From positions 310,001 through 374,000 of the forward strand of contig JAPDFW010000072.1 in the NCBI GenBank assembly GCA_028826165.1: a DNA stretch of 64,000 bases, written 5' to 3'. The DNA is from Anaeramoeba ignava BMAN. Taxonomy: Eukaryota; Protista; Anaeramoebae. Positions within the stretch are counted from its first letter, which is position 1; each line of letters opens with the position of its first letter. The notes under the pieces are model-generated. The model was not told the origin of the DNA. It did no database searches and saw nothing but the letters and a program-made list of their open reading frames with translations. Of this stretch, positions 38,420-50,531 are shown piece by piece. The position numbers and the translations under genes are program-made.

Positions 38420-41353
38420 TCATTTAATTACAGAATGTTTAATTTGTAAAAGTTTTAAAGAAATTGATTCAATAAATTTTCTAGTTTCTTCTTCTGTTAA
38501 TTCATTTTCATTTTCATTTTCATTTTCATCTTGTTTAATTTTTCTAATAATTTTATTTAAATTTATTTCAATATTTTCAAATATTTCTTGAACTGAATTT
38601 TGATGTAAATTTTGATTTAAATTTTGTTCTAAATTTTCTTGTAAATTTTCTTGTAAATTTTCTTGTAAATTTTCTTGTAAATTTTCTTGTAAATTTTGAT
38701 TTAAATTTTCTTGTAAATTTTCTTGTATATTTTCTTGTATATTTTCTTGTATATTTTCTTGTATATTTTCTTGTATATTTTCTTGTAAAGAAATTTCAAT
38801 AACTTTCTTTTCATTTGATAAATATTGTTGATAAACTGAATCACTTTCAAAAATAAGTGATTGAGTTTCTAATATTTTTTGATCAACTCCTGATTGTTTT
38901 GTCATTTTAATAATAAAATTAATAATTTGTTCATGTTCATTTTTTGCAAAAATTTGAACTAAATTTGAAGATTGTAAATATTTATAAAAAGTTAAATATG
39001 ATAAAGAAAAATAGGAAATAATCATTTGATCTTCTTTAGGTTGATTTTGGAAAAAATATCGAAAAATTGAACGAATTGAATTAATCATTTTTGAATTTTC
39101 TAAAATATCATTTCCATTTTGTTCGTAATTTTGATGATTATTATTGTTGTTATTATTATTTAGATTTGCAATTAATCTATTGTAATAATTAATAAAAACT
39201 TCTCCAAAATTTTGAAAAAAATCTAAAATTGCAATTTTGGATAATTTGTCTAAATTGTGATTAAGTAATAAATCTTCAAACGAAAAGATCACTTTTTCAA
39301 TCAAAAAATCAGGAATAAAATTGATTGTTGAAGAAATGATTCCAATTAAATTTGTTCTTTGATTATTAAATTTATGAAACCAAATTGGTGGATTTATAAG
39401 AAATCCAACACTCAATCCCATTGCCATTTTTAAGTCTTTTGGGTCTAAATTTGTATTGTTATCAATAATAAGCTTAATCATTTCCAAAAGTTGTTCAAGA
39501 TGTTTTTCATCTCCATTTTGTGTGAAATCATTCCAAAAATAAATCAATGAAAATATTAATTTTCTTCCATAAATTGCATTAAATTCACTTTCAAGTTCTT
39601 TTAATGGAAGTAATTGAAAGAGAAAATGAAAGATTTTAGTTAGATATTCATTGGCAAAGAATTTGGGAGAAATTTGATTTGTAAATCCTGGAAATATCAC
39701 TTGACAAAGCGAGATTATCTGATTATATAATTGAATTTTTCCCGATGAATCTAAAGAAAGGAAAACTTGTCGAGTAATTTTTTTCACTCCCGATTTCGCA
39801 AATTTTGAGATGAGATTGGGATGCGCAGAATTGGAATTTAACAACAATCCAATTTGTTTGTTAAAAAGAAGGAAAAAAGTCTCCAAAATTGTTAAACAAT
39901 ATGATTTGATTTGATTTGATTGAGAATTAAAAATAAGAGAACTCCAAATATCACTCACAATCTCAACAACAAAAAAATGTTGAGATAGCAATAATGATAA
40001 TAAAATCCCTGTTGATTGCTTGTTTCTTTCAAACGAAATTATCTTGATAAGTTGAGATAAAGATTCCAACATTTTTTTATAGAAATTTCCTTCTTGATCA
40101 ATCATTAAAACATGCAAACATTGAGGAAGAATTTTGGAAACGAAACCGTGAAAATATTTAAAAATTTCAAATTGGAATTCAGTATCAAATTCTTCTGCAT
40201 TTGAGCAAATAATCAAATAAATTGTGAATCTTGAACTTTTGGAATAACTAATTTCCTCCTTTTCAACACAAATTTCTTCTAATATCATTTTGCGAATATC
40301 GATTGGAACTACTTCAACATTAAGAAGAACTTTGCTAATAAGAGCATCAAAAATGTTGTTGATTTTTAATTGCAAATCTTCAATTTCGTTTTTGATTTCT
40401 TGTTGATTTGGTGAGAAAACAACTGGAAATATTTCAGGATCAATCAATTTTGCTACAAAAGAAATCACTCGAATATACGATTCATGTTTTAAAAACTTCG
40501 CATATTGATTGCAAACTTTCAATATTTTGGAAGTATTATAAATTATGCATTTGATATACATTGTTCTCTGGAATTGTGGATCAAGAATATTATTTATTAA
40601 GTAGAGAAACACTTCTTCTGTTAAAATTGAGAATGAGGAAATTATTTGGAAAAGTAAAATATTGTTTTGAATATTTTCATCATTTTGAATATTTTCTTGT
40701 AAATTTTGAATAAGACAATCAATAGTGTATTTCACAACATGTAAATCATGGATTCCAATAAATTTCTTATGAATAAAATCAAGAAGATATTCTGTTCTAA
40801 TTTTAATTATTGGCTCTTCTTTGTTGACGGATTTTGTTAATAAATTTAGCAATAGTTTTTGTGTATCTTCAAGCAGATGTTCGAAAAAATTGGTTTGATT
40901 TTCATTTCCAGTTTGATTTTGATTTTGATTATATTCAGTAAATTTAACAAAATAAAATCCTATAATTTCAAAAGTACTTTCCAAAAAAGCATCAAATTCC
41001 ATATTTTCTAAAACAATTCTATTATCTATTATTGCTTGACAAAAAACAACCGCATTTAAAACATTTGGATCAGGAAATATTTGCTGAATTGCGTTTTTTA
41101 ATTGATTCATAAATGAATTTGAAATGAAATTTAATTGATCAATTTTTTGGTTTTCAATAAATAAAGGAATTAATTCTGAAAGTAAATTTGCAAGTGAACA
41201 TATTAATTTTGGATCTGAATTTTGATTTGGTTGTGAAATTTTAATAAATTTTTCAACCAAAGTTGGGAAATTATTTTTTAATTTTTGAATATCAATTCCA
41301 TTATTTTCAATTACTGAATTTGAATGATATTGAGAATTATTTAAAGAAGACAT
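38420..41353 (-). CDS. Alpha-helical protein, probable FIRRM/FLIP (C1orf112, DUF4487)-like
   Basis: 977-aa all-helical ORF. The segment FYKKMLESL..LLSLLLSQHFFVVEIVSDIW resembles the conserved (H)F..EIV.(D/E)(L/I)W block recalled for FLIP/C1orf112; needs HMM confirmation. Confidence 0.5.
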   Translation of the reverse strand: MSSLNNSQYHSNSVIENNGIDIQKLKNNFPTLVEKFIKISQPNQNSDPKLICSLANLLSELIPLFIENQKIDQLNFISNSFMNQLKNAIQQIFPDPNVLNAVVFCQAIIDNRIVLENMEFDAFLESTFEIIGFYFVKFTEYNQNQNQTGNENQTNFFEHLLEDTQKLLLNLLTKSVNKEEPIIKIRTEYLLDFIHKKFIGIHDLHVVKYTIDCLIQNLQENIQNDENIQNNILLFQIISSFSILTEEVFLYLINNILDPQFQRTMYIKCIIYNTSKILKVCNQYAKFLKHESYIRVISFVAKLIDPEIFPVVFSPNQQEIKNEIEDLQLKINNIFDALISKVLLNVEVVPIDIRKMILEEICVEKEEISYSKSSRFTIYLIICSNAEEFDTEFQFEIFKYFHGFVSKILPQCLHVLMIDQEGNFYKKMLESLSQLIKIISFERNKQSTGILLSLLLSQHFFVVEIVSDIWSSLIFNSQSNQIKSYCLTILETFFLLFNKQIGLLLNSNSAHPNLISKFAKSGVKKITRQVFLSLDSSGKIQLYNQIISLCQVIFPGFTNQISPKFFANEYLTKIFHFLFQLLPLKELESEFNAIYGRKLIFSLIYFWNDFTQNGDEKHLEQLLEMIKLIIDNNTNLDPKDLKMAMGLSVGFLINPPIWFHKFNNQRTNLIGIISSTINFIPDFLIEKVIFSFEDLLLNHNLDKLSKIAILDFFQNFGEVFINYYNRLIANLNNNNNNNNHQNYEQNGNDILENSKMINSIRSIFRYFFQNQPKEDQMIISYFSLSYLTFYKYLQSSNLVQIFAKNEHEQIINFIIKMTKQSGVDQKILETQSLIFESDSVYQQYLSNEKKVIEISLQENIQENIQENIQENIQENIQENLQENLNQNLQENLQENLQENLQENLQENLEQNLNQNLHQNSVQEIFENIEINLNKIIRKIKQDENENENENELTEEETRKFIESISLKLLQIKHSVIK

Positions 41354-41513
41354 TAAAAAAAGAAAAGAAAAATGAAAAATGAAAAATGAAAAATGAAAAA
41401 AAAATTTTTGAATTCTTAAATAGTTTTTTTTTTTTATTTTTATTTTTCTAAATCGGATATTTTTTTTTTCATTTTTTTCATTTCATTTTTCTTTTCTTTT
41501 GTTTTTTTTTTAA

Positions 41514-42427
41514 ATGGGAAGAAAAGCTCAATTAGTAATTGGACCTGCTGGAAGTGGAAAAGTAAATTTTTAATAAATTCAATCTTAAAAAAAAAATAAT
41601 TCAATTTAATTAAATTTCTTTCTTCAAAAAAAAAAAAGTCAACTTATACACAAACAATACAAAAACATTGTGAACTTTCAAGAAGAACAGTTCACTGCAT
41701 TAATCTAGATCCAGCAGCAGAATATTTTGCATATAATCCAACAATCGATATTCGGGACTTAATTTCATTAGAAGATGTAACAGAAGAGCTAAATTATGGA
41801 CCAAATGGAGGATTAGTATTCTGTATGGAATATTTTATTAATAATATTGAATGGTTCAAAAAGCAAATTGGCGAATTTGAAGACGATTATTTAATCATTG
41901 ATTGTCCTGGTCAAATTGAATTATATTCGCATTTTTCTTTGATGACAAAATTGATTCAAGAAATGCAAAATTGGAATTACACTGTTTGCGGTGTTTATAT
42001 AATTGATTGCCACTTTATTTTGGAACCTTATAAATTTATCAGTGGAATGTTGGCCTGTCTTTCTTCAATGATTCAACTCGAAATTCCCTTTGTAAATGTG
42101 ATTTCGAAAATGGATTTATTGGGAAAACAAGAAAGAAAAACTGTCAAAAAATTTATTTCTTCAAATCCGCAAGAAATGCTGAGATTAGTAAATAGAAATA
42201 ATAACCCTTTGTTTTATAAACTCAATAAGGCGTTTATTAAATTACTCCAGGACTTTAGTTTGGTCGGTTTTACTACTCTCGATATTACTGATGAAGACTC
42301 TATTGCAAGAGTTTTACTTCAAATTGATTTGACTATTCAATATGGTGAAGATGAGGAAGTTTATGATACAACTAATTTACCTGATGAAAATATGGATGAT
42401 TTTATTAATCAGCATTTAGACAATTAA
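41514..42427 (+). CDS. GPN3: GPN-loop GTPase 3 (exons 41514-41561, 41639-42427)
   Basis: AQLVIGPAGSGK|STY, NLDPAAE, YGPNGGL, IDCPGQIELYSH, SKMDLL, QYGED. Confidence 0.92.
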
Positions 42428-42535
42428 AATTTCTCAATTTCAAAATTTAAATAAAGAATTTTAAATTTAAATTATTTCTTATTTATTGATTTGATTTTGG
42501 ATTGAAAGTAAAAGAAAATTGAATTTTTTGAATTT

Positions 42536-45500
42536 TTAAATGAAATAAGTTTCAAGTTCATCAACAACCCATGAAGAATTAGAGCCAGCTAAATAACTTT
42601 GAGATTCATTTGTATTATAAGTAATTCCATTAGGTAGATTATAACTTTGACCAAAATTTGACCAACCAGGTTGTAAATCAGATTTTAAATGAATATCACC
42701 TATATATATTTTAATAAAGATAAATAATTAATTTTAATAATAATTAATAATAATTTAATTTAAAATTAATTTTATTTTAAATTGAAATAATAATATTATT
42801 TATTATATTAATATTTTAGATTATTTATTAATTTAATTTTAATTATAATAATAAATATTTATTAAATATAAATTATTTACTCCCTATTTTAATAAAGATA
42901 AATAATTAATTTTAATAATAATTAATAATAATTTAATTTAAAATTAATTTTATTTTAAATTTAAATAATAATATTATTTATTATATTAAAATTTTAGATT
43001 ATTTATTAATTTAATTTTAATTATAATAATAATTATTTATTAAATATAAATTATTTACCATCTATTTTAATAAAGATAAATAATTAATTTTAATAATAAT
43101 TAATAATAATTTAATTTAAAATTAATTTTATTTTAAATTGAAATAATAATATTATTTATTATATTAATATTTTGGATTATTTATTAATTTAATTTTAATT
43201 ATAATAATAAATATTTATTAAATATAAATTATTTACCATCTATTTTAATAAAGATAAATAATTAATTTTAATAATAATTAATAATAATTTAATTTAAAAT
43301 TAATTTTTATTTTAAATTGAAATAATAATATTATTTATTATATTAATATTTTGGATTATTTATTAATTTAATTTTAATTATAATAATAATTATTTATTAA
43401 ATATAAATTATTTACCATCTATTTTAATAAAGATAAATAATTAATTTTAATAATAATTAATAATAATTTAATTTAAAATTAATTTTATTTTAAATTGAAA
43501 TAATAATATTATTTATTATATTAATATTTTGGATTATTTATTAATTTAATTTTTAATTATAATAATAAATATTTATTAAATATAAATTATTTACTCCCCT
43601 ATTTTAATAAAGATAAATAATTAATATTAATAATAATTAATAATAATTTAATTTAAAATTAATTTTATTTTAAATTGAAATAATAATATTATTTATTATA
43701 TTAATATTTTGGATTATTTATTAATTTAATTTTAATTATAATAATAATTATTTATTAATTATAAATTATTTACAATCTATTTTAATAAAGATAAATAATT
43801 AATATTAATAATAATTAATAATAATTTAATTTAAAATTAATTTTATTTTAAATTTAAATAATAATATTATTTATATATTAATTAATATTTTGGATTATTT
43901 ATTAATTTAATTTTAATTGTAATAATAAATATTTATTAAATATAAATTATTTACTATCTATTTTAATAAAGATAAATAATTAATTTTTAATAATAATTAA
44001 TAATAATTTAATTTAAAATTAATTTTATTTTAAATTTAAATAATAATATTATTTATTATATTAAAATTTTGGATTATTTATTAATTTAATTTTAATTATA
44101 ATAATAAATATTTATTAAATATAAATTATTTACCATCTATTTTAATAAAGATAAATAATTAATTTTAATAATAATTAATAATAATTTAATTTAAAATTAA
44201 TTTTATTTTAAATTGAAATAATAATATTATTTATTATATTAATATTTTGGATTATTTATTAATTTAATTTTAATTATAATAATAAATATTTATTAAATAT
44301 AAATTATTTATATTTACATCCAAAAATTGGACCATAATTTAAATCATAATAAATTGCATATTTTTCTTTTCCTTGTTTAATTGTAAACTTATCTGGTTTT
44401 CTATCCCCTTTATCATTTCTTAATGAAAAAATAAATGCATTTGAATCTGGAATATATCCTTCTCCATAATTTGGATAAACCAACTTTGAATCTGAATCTA
44501 AATCTGAATTTGAATCTGAATCTGAAAATGAGTCATTCCATTTTGATTTATCATTTGTAAATCCAACTTGAGTAAATCCTCCAAAAATAAAATTTTGTTT
44601 TGTTTTGATAATAATTAATGTTTTTCCTTTATCATCAACTGCTTTATGCCATTTTTTACAATTAAATCCATCTCTTTTTGCTGAAAATCCTTTTTTCATT
44701 TTAGAAAAAAAATCATTATCATTTATCCATTCTTGTAATTTCTTAACATATTTAATATCTTTAATAATTTCTGAATTTGCAAATGCTTTTCCCAATTCCT
44801 TCATTTTCTTTTCATATTCCAAATCTTTTTGATATTGATCTCGATATTTATCAAAAATAGGTTTCATATCTTGATTTTCTTTGTTTTTATCTTCAACTTC
44901 TTTCTTCCATTTCTCTTCAATTTCTCTTCTTAAATTTAGATTTTCTTGTTCTGTAAATTCCAAAAGAGGTTGTTGAATTTGGCTCAAAAAAGATTTGGGA
45001 AGAAAAATATCAAATTGTTTTAATTTATCAAAATCTTGTTTTGAAATTGAATCTTTATCAAATAATGAAAAAAAAGAATGAAATAATCTTTTCTTTTCAT
45101 TCATTTTGTGTTCATATTTCCTTAATTTTAATGATTTAACTCTTTTTTCAATCCAATTATTTAAAAATTGAAAAAAATTAAATTGAAAAATTTCTTTTTT
45201 TTCTTGTTTAAATTGAATAAATTTGATAATTTCTTCTTTAGTTAAATTGAATAAATTCTCATTATTCTGAATTTGGGAAAAATTTTGATTTATTAATTCA
45301 AAACATTTTATTTCAATTTCATTTGAATTTAAATTTCGATTTTGGAATAAAAATTGGAAAAAATTTGAATAATTAATTGAATTTAAAATTTTTTTTTGAA
45401 TAATTTCTTTCAATAAATTTAATTTAAAATAAATTGAAATTTCCAATAATTGAATAAGATTTTCTTGATTCTCAAAAGAAATATTTCCATAATAAATATA

Positions 45501-45812
45501 ACTCAAAATTGATTCCATTTCTTTTTTATTAAATTGATTTAAAGAAATTTTATCAATATCGTTTTGTCCTCTTAAAAACTTATTAAAAAAAGAAGATCTT
45601 GAAGATAAAATTGATTTATGAACTTTAATTTCAAAAGTATTTGATTTATTCTCAACAAAAATTGAAAAATCTTTAAATGAATTTCCATTTAAAAGGTTTG
45701 AATAATTTTTAATTAAATTTTTTGTTACTTTTTTTTCTAAATTTTTCATTTCATTTTCATTTTCATTTTGATTTGCATTTTCAATTTGGTTATTATTATT
45801 ATTATTATCCAT
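42536..45812 (-). CDS. BTB/POZ + TLDc protein (main exons 45812-44318 and 42699-42536, possibly with micro-exons between)
   Basis: IKVHKSILSSRSSFF (BTB); FSAKRDGF, DDKGKTL, FIFGGFT, AFIFSL, GPIFG. The last exon DIHL..NFGQSYNLP..YLAG..VDELETYFI matches the end of the paralog at 48994. Confidence 0.88.
42700..44317 (-). repeat. Nine tandem ~178-bp units, each a complete GTAAAT...TAG mini-intron, separated by 3-4 nt variable spacers
   Basis: Junctions read AAAATAG-[ATG/ATA/ATT/GGGA/ATG/ATG/ATG/GGA]-GTAAAT; spacers start at 44134, 43955, 43774, 43595, 43416, 43237, 43059, 42881. Confidence 0.9.
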
Positions 45813-46220
45813 TTTGTTTTTTGCTTTTTGTTTTTTGTGTTTTGTTTTTTGTTTTATTAAAAAAAAAGGAAAAAAATGAAAAAAAAAAATTAAAAAAAAA
45901 AATGAATAAAAAAAAGTGGATTTTGAAAATAAATAAAAATATAAAAAATAAGAATAAATTTAAATTAATAATTAATTCAATTTTCTTTTTAATTTATTAT
46001 TTTAAATTAATTTATTAATAAATTATTATTATTTTTTATTAATTTTTATTATTAAAAAAAAAGGAAAATTATTTTAATTTAATTTTTAATTTAATTTTTT
46101 TTTTTGGAATTTAAAAATTATTAATAAATTTAAATTTTAAAACAAATTTCCAAATTAATATTAATTCAATTTAATTCAAAAAAAAAGATAAAATTTTAAT
46201 TTCAAAAAAATCAATTTTCA

Positions 46221-46790
46221 AAATATTTTTAAATAATAAAATATTTAAATCTAAAACAATAAATTATTATTTTAATAATAAAATTAAATATTAATTTATA
46301 TTTATAAATTAATTTATAAATTAAATATTAAATTAAATCTATTCTTATTTTTTATATTTATATGTTAAATATTTAAATAATAAAATATTTAAATCTAAAA
46401 CAATAAATTATTATTTTAAACATGGAATTAAATATTAAATATTATTTTTAAATTAATTTATAAATTAAATATTAAATTAAACTTATTTTCATTTTTGATA
46501 TTTATATGTTAAATATTTTTAAATAATAAAATATTTAAATCTAAAACAATAAATTATTATTTTAATAATAAAATTAAATATTAAATTATATTTTTAAATT
46601 AATTTATAAATTAAATATTAAATTAAATCTATTCTTCTTATTTATATTTATATGTTAAATATTTAAATAATAAAATATTTAAATCTAAAACATTAAATTA
46701 TTATTTTAATAATAAAATTAAATATTAAATTATATTTTTAAATTAATTTATAAATTAAATATTAAATTAAATCTATTTTCATTTTTTATA
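46221..46790. repeat. ~145-bp tandem repeat (about 4 copies) in a divergent intergenic region
   Basis: Unit contains AAATCTAAAACAATAAATTATTATTTT and TATATGTTAAAT; copies start near 46221, 46367, 46511 and 46657. Confidence 0.8.
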
Positions 46791-46875
46791 TTTTTTTTTA
46801 ATTTGAAAAATTTTTTCATTTTTTTTTTGTTGTTTTCTTGTTTTTTTCTGTTTTGTTTTCTTTTTTAAATAATAA

Positions 46876-49031
46876 ATGAATAATTTAATTTTTTTGCTTT
46901 TTATATTTTTTGCAATCCAAACAAGTAAAAATAAGAATTTAAAAGAAAAAAAAAAAAGAAAAAAAAAAGAAAATAAACAAATTTTTACTTTTTAATTTAA
47001 TTTATAAGATGAACAAACATGTGAAACTGGAAGAATAACAAGATACACAGTTGGATCAAGTGGAGGACATCAAGCGGGAACTTGTGGTTTTGGACCTGTT
47101 TATAATGATGTTGCACTTTTTAAAGATAATCTTATTGTTGCTGCTTCTCAAGATTTTTATAATGGTTTTCATACAAATCTTGATTTTTCTACAACTTGTA
47201 TTACTCAAAATTTAGTTTCTTGTGGTTTGAGATGTGGTGAATGTGTTGAAATTACTGGAACAAAAGGTTCTTTGTATGTTTTCTTCCTTTTATAAATTAA
47301 AATTAAAATTAAAATCAGAATTAAAATTAAAATTAAAATTAAAATTAAAATTAAAATTAAAATTAAAATTAAAATTAAAATTAAAATTAAAAATTAAAAT
47401 TAAAATTAAAATTAAAATTAAAATTAAAATTAAAATTAAAATTAAAATTAAATTTAAATTTAAAATTAAAATCAGAATTAAATTTAAAATTAAAATTAAA
47501 ATTAAAATTAAAATTAAAATTAAAATCAGAATTAAAATTAAAATTAAAATTCATTTATAAATTTAAAATTAAAATTAAAATCGGATATAAAATTAAAATT
47601 AAAATCGGATAAAAAATTAAAATTTCAAATAAAAAAAGTCCATTTATAGTCGCAGATATTTGTGATTACAATGCAGTAGGAGAAGAATGCGGACAAAGTA
47701 CAACACAATTTGACATTTCAGAATTTGGACAAACAAGTGGAGAAGAATACTGGCGATGTTTAGCAGACTCATTAGGATATGAAGAAGCAACGTACAAAAT
47801 AATACCATGTCCAACGGAAGGAAACATTGGATTTTACATGCCAGAATCAGGGTCTAATTCATACAGCGTTGCATTCACACCTTATAATTACAAAGTCGGA
47901 ATTTCCAAAATGGAAAAAATAGGGGCAGGAAATGGAGTCAACACACCTAATGATTGGATGGAACTTCCGAGATCTTGGACTAATAAGTTTGAATGGAGAG
48001 GAGCAGGCAGCCAACAAATACCGGGCCAATCAGGAGCTATTGAGAACGGAGGCACAGGTTTTCGGCTCAGAATCACTTCACTTTACGACGAGGTCATAGA
48101 GTCTGACATCATAACAATTCCAAGCCAAAACCCGCAGGATTATCGTTACAGCTTCAATGCGCAATTTACCCAAACGCAGGCATATCCTTTGGGGTGTCCG
48201 TGGTCTGGACCTTCAAGAAAAATTTATGATGAATCGGTCGAAGTCAGGAATACTCGACTGTATTTTGAGGGAAATGTATGGCTCACTGAATGGTGGTTTG
48301 TCACCCAATGGGGTCTTCCAAATATCAACTTCGAATATTCTACGTCGTGCTCTAGCGGGAGTCATTGTATTTATACAGGTAGTGCTGACACCTCGGCTGG
48401 ATTCATAATTGGATCATCTGCCGAATTTAATTTTAATGCTTTTACAAGCCTTACTTTTAAAGCCAGAACCGTTTCGGGCACTTATTCTTCTTTGTCGCTT
48501 GTCTGGGATGATTGCTCAACTTATTATTACGCTGGAGAAATTACTTCTTCTTGGCAAACCTTTACAATTCCAATGGATCAAATTGCTTGTGGTTCAAAAG
48601 CAAAAAATTTGAAATTTTTAGTTAATGGTTGTTCTGGTCTAGTTTTGGACCAGATCTCTCTTGTTTATGATGGATCTTCCCCCACTGGTTCTAACTTGGC
48701 TGATTGTGTTTATCCCCCTTCTTCGCCTCAAACTGATTCTTCTTCTTCAAGTAATACGGGTAAAATTGTTGGTGGTGTTTTTGCTGCTTTGATTGCTGTT
48801 TCTTTGATTGTTTTTGTTATTGTTTCTTATAAGAAAAATAATTCAAGTGCGAAAATGATGTTTTTTTCTTGGAAACAATCCACTTCTTCTGCTTTTCACA
48901 AATGCAAATGTTGCAAAAAAAATAAATCAAAAAAAATTCAAAAATTCAAAAATTCAAAAATTCATTTTTTTTCTTTTCCAAAAATTTTTAAAAATGGAAA
49001 ATTATTCAAATTTAGAAAAACTTTCAAATGA
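46876..49031 (+). CDS. Expansin-like (DPBB) + carbohydrate-binding-like domain, single-pass membrane protein (exons 46876-46924, 47009-47273, 47639-49031; true stop may be near 48924)
   Basis: Signal peptide MNNLIFLLFIFFAI; GTCGFG, CGECVEITG, FIVADIC, TQFDIS; jelly-roll-like SLTFKART..WQTFTIPM..LDQISL; TM helix IVGGVFAALIAVSLIVFVIV. Confidence 0.75.
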
Positions 49032-50493
49032 TTTAAAAAATTTATTTCAAAATCAAAATCAAAATGAAAATCAAAAACAAAAAAAAGAAGAAAGTTATTT
49101 TGATTTTGAAATAATTTGCGAACAAAATAAAATTTCATTTAAAACTCATAAATCAATTCTTTCTTCAAGAAGTGAATATTTTAAATCTCTTTTTGATTCT
49201 AAAATGAAAGAAAATAAAGAAAATAAATTAATTCTAAAAGATGTTCCAAGTTCAATTCTATTTTCAATTTTGAATTATTTTTATTCAGGAAAAATTGAAA
49301 TTAATTTAGAAAATGCAATTCAAATTTTAATTTTTTCATCAAAATATTTAATTAATGAATTAATTGAAATTTGTTTAAATTTTATCAAAAACAATTTACA
49401 ATTTGAAACTATTATTGATGTTCTTAAATTATCTGAAACAATGAACTTAAATCAATTATTAGATTCTTCTTATAAATTTATTTTAGAAAATTTTGAAAAA
49501 TTTATTAAAACTTCATTTTTTCTTGAACTTGAAGAAAATCATTTAAATTTTATTTTATTAAATGATTTCATTCCAATAAATGAATTTGAAATGTTTCAAT
49601 CAATAATAGAATGGGGAAAACATAAATCAAATATTAATCAAGAAAAAGTTGGAAAAAAAGAAAAAGAAAAATTACAAAATCAAATTTCAAATATTATTCA
49701 TAAAATAAGATTTATTGATTTCACAAAACAAGAAATTGAAGATACTTTCAAAGAAGATTTAATTCCAAATCAAATTTTTCAAAAATTAATTCAATTCCTG
49801 ATACTTAAAGATCAAGAAAATGAAAAAGAATTAAATGAATTCATTGAAAAAGAAAATCAAAATCAAAATCAAAATCAAAATTCATTCATTTTTAAATCAA
49901 GATTTAGATTTAATTCACAAATTATCAAAGAAAAAGAACATTTCAAGAAATTAAAAGAATGGATAAATGATGATGAATTCTTTTCCAAAATGAAAAAAGG
50001 ATATTCAAGAAAAAGAGATGGATTTGATTCTAAAAAATGGCATTCAATTTGTGATAATAAAGGAAAAACATTAATTATTATCAAAACAACAAATAACTTC
50101 ATTTTTGGAGGGTTTACTCAAGTTGGATTTACAAATGATAAATCAAAATGGAGAAAAGAAGATTCTAATAAAATTTATGGATATATTAAAGATCCAAATG
50201 CATTTATTTTTTCATTAAGAAATGATAAAAATGATAGAAACCCAGAGAAATTTCCAATTAAAAAAGATCAAGAAGAAAATGCACTTTTCTTTTATCCTTC
50301 AATGAGTGGGCCAACTTTTGGAAATGGAGCTGATTTTTGTTTAAATGCTAATTTACAAACTGGTTATTCTGATTTTGGTGAAAGTTACAATCTGCCTTAT
50401 GAAATTAGACGGAATACATATGAATCAAAAAGTTATTTAGCTGGTTCTTATAATGAATGGATTGTTGATGAACTTGAAACTTTTTTCATTTAA
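48994..50493 (+). CDS. BTB/POZ-BACK-TLDc protein
   Basis: FKTHKSILSSRSEYF, YFYSGKIEI, EFEMFQSIIEW, IRF, RDGFDS..HSICDNKG, FIFGGFT, GPTFG, VDELETF. Confidence 0.9.
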   Translation: MENYSNLEKLSNDLKNLFQNQNQNENQKQKKEESYFDFEIICEQNKISFKTHKSILSSRSEYFKSLFDSKMKENKENKLILKDVPSSILFSILNYFYSGKIEINLENAIQILIFSSKYLINELIEICLNFIKNNLQFETIIDVLKLSETMNLNQLLDSSYKFILENFEKFIKTSFFLELEENHLNFILLNDFIPINEFEMFQSIIEWGKHKSNINQEKVGKKEKEKLQNQISNIIHKIRFIDFTKQEIEDTFKEDLIPNQIFQKLIQFLILKDQENEKELNEFIEKENQNQNQNQNSFIFKSRFRFNSQIIKEKEHFKKLKEWINDDEFFSKMKKGYSRKRDGFDSKKWHSICDNKGKTLIIIKTTNNFIFGGFTQVGFTNDKSKWRKEDSNKIYGYIKDPNAFIFSLRNDKNDRNPEKFPIKKDQEENALFFYPSMSGPTFGNGADFCLNANLQTGYSDFGESYNLPYEIRRNTYESKSYLAGSYNEWIVDELETFFI

Positions 50494-50531
50494 AAATTCA
50501 AAAATTCAAAAATTCAAAATGAATTTAATTT

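Noticed and set aside
42700-44317. CRISPR-like repeat/spacer appearance (also 1220-2710 and 46221-46790)
   Set aside because: Units are contiguous tandem repeats with at most 3-4 nt spacers, the context is eukaryotic, and there are no cas genes.
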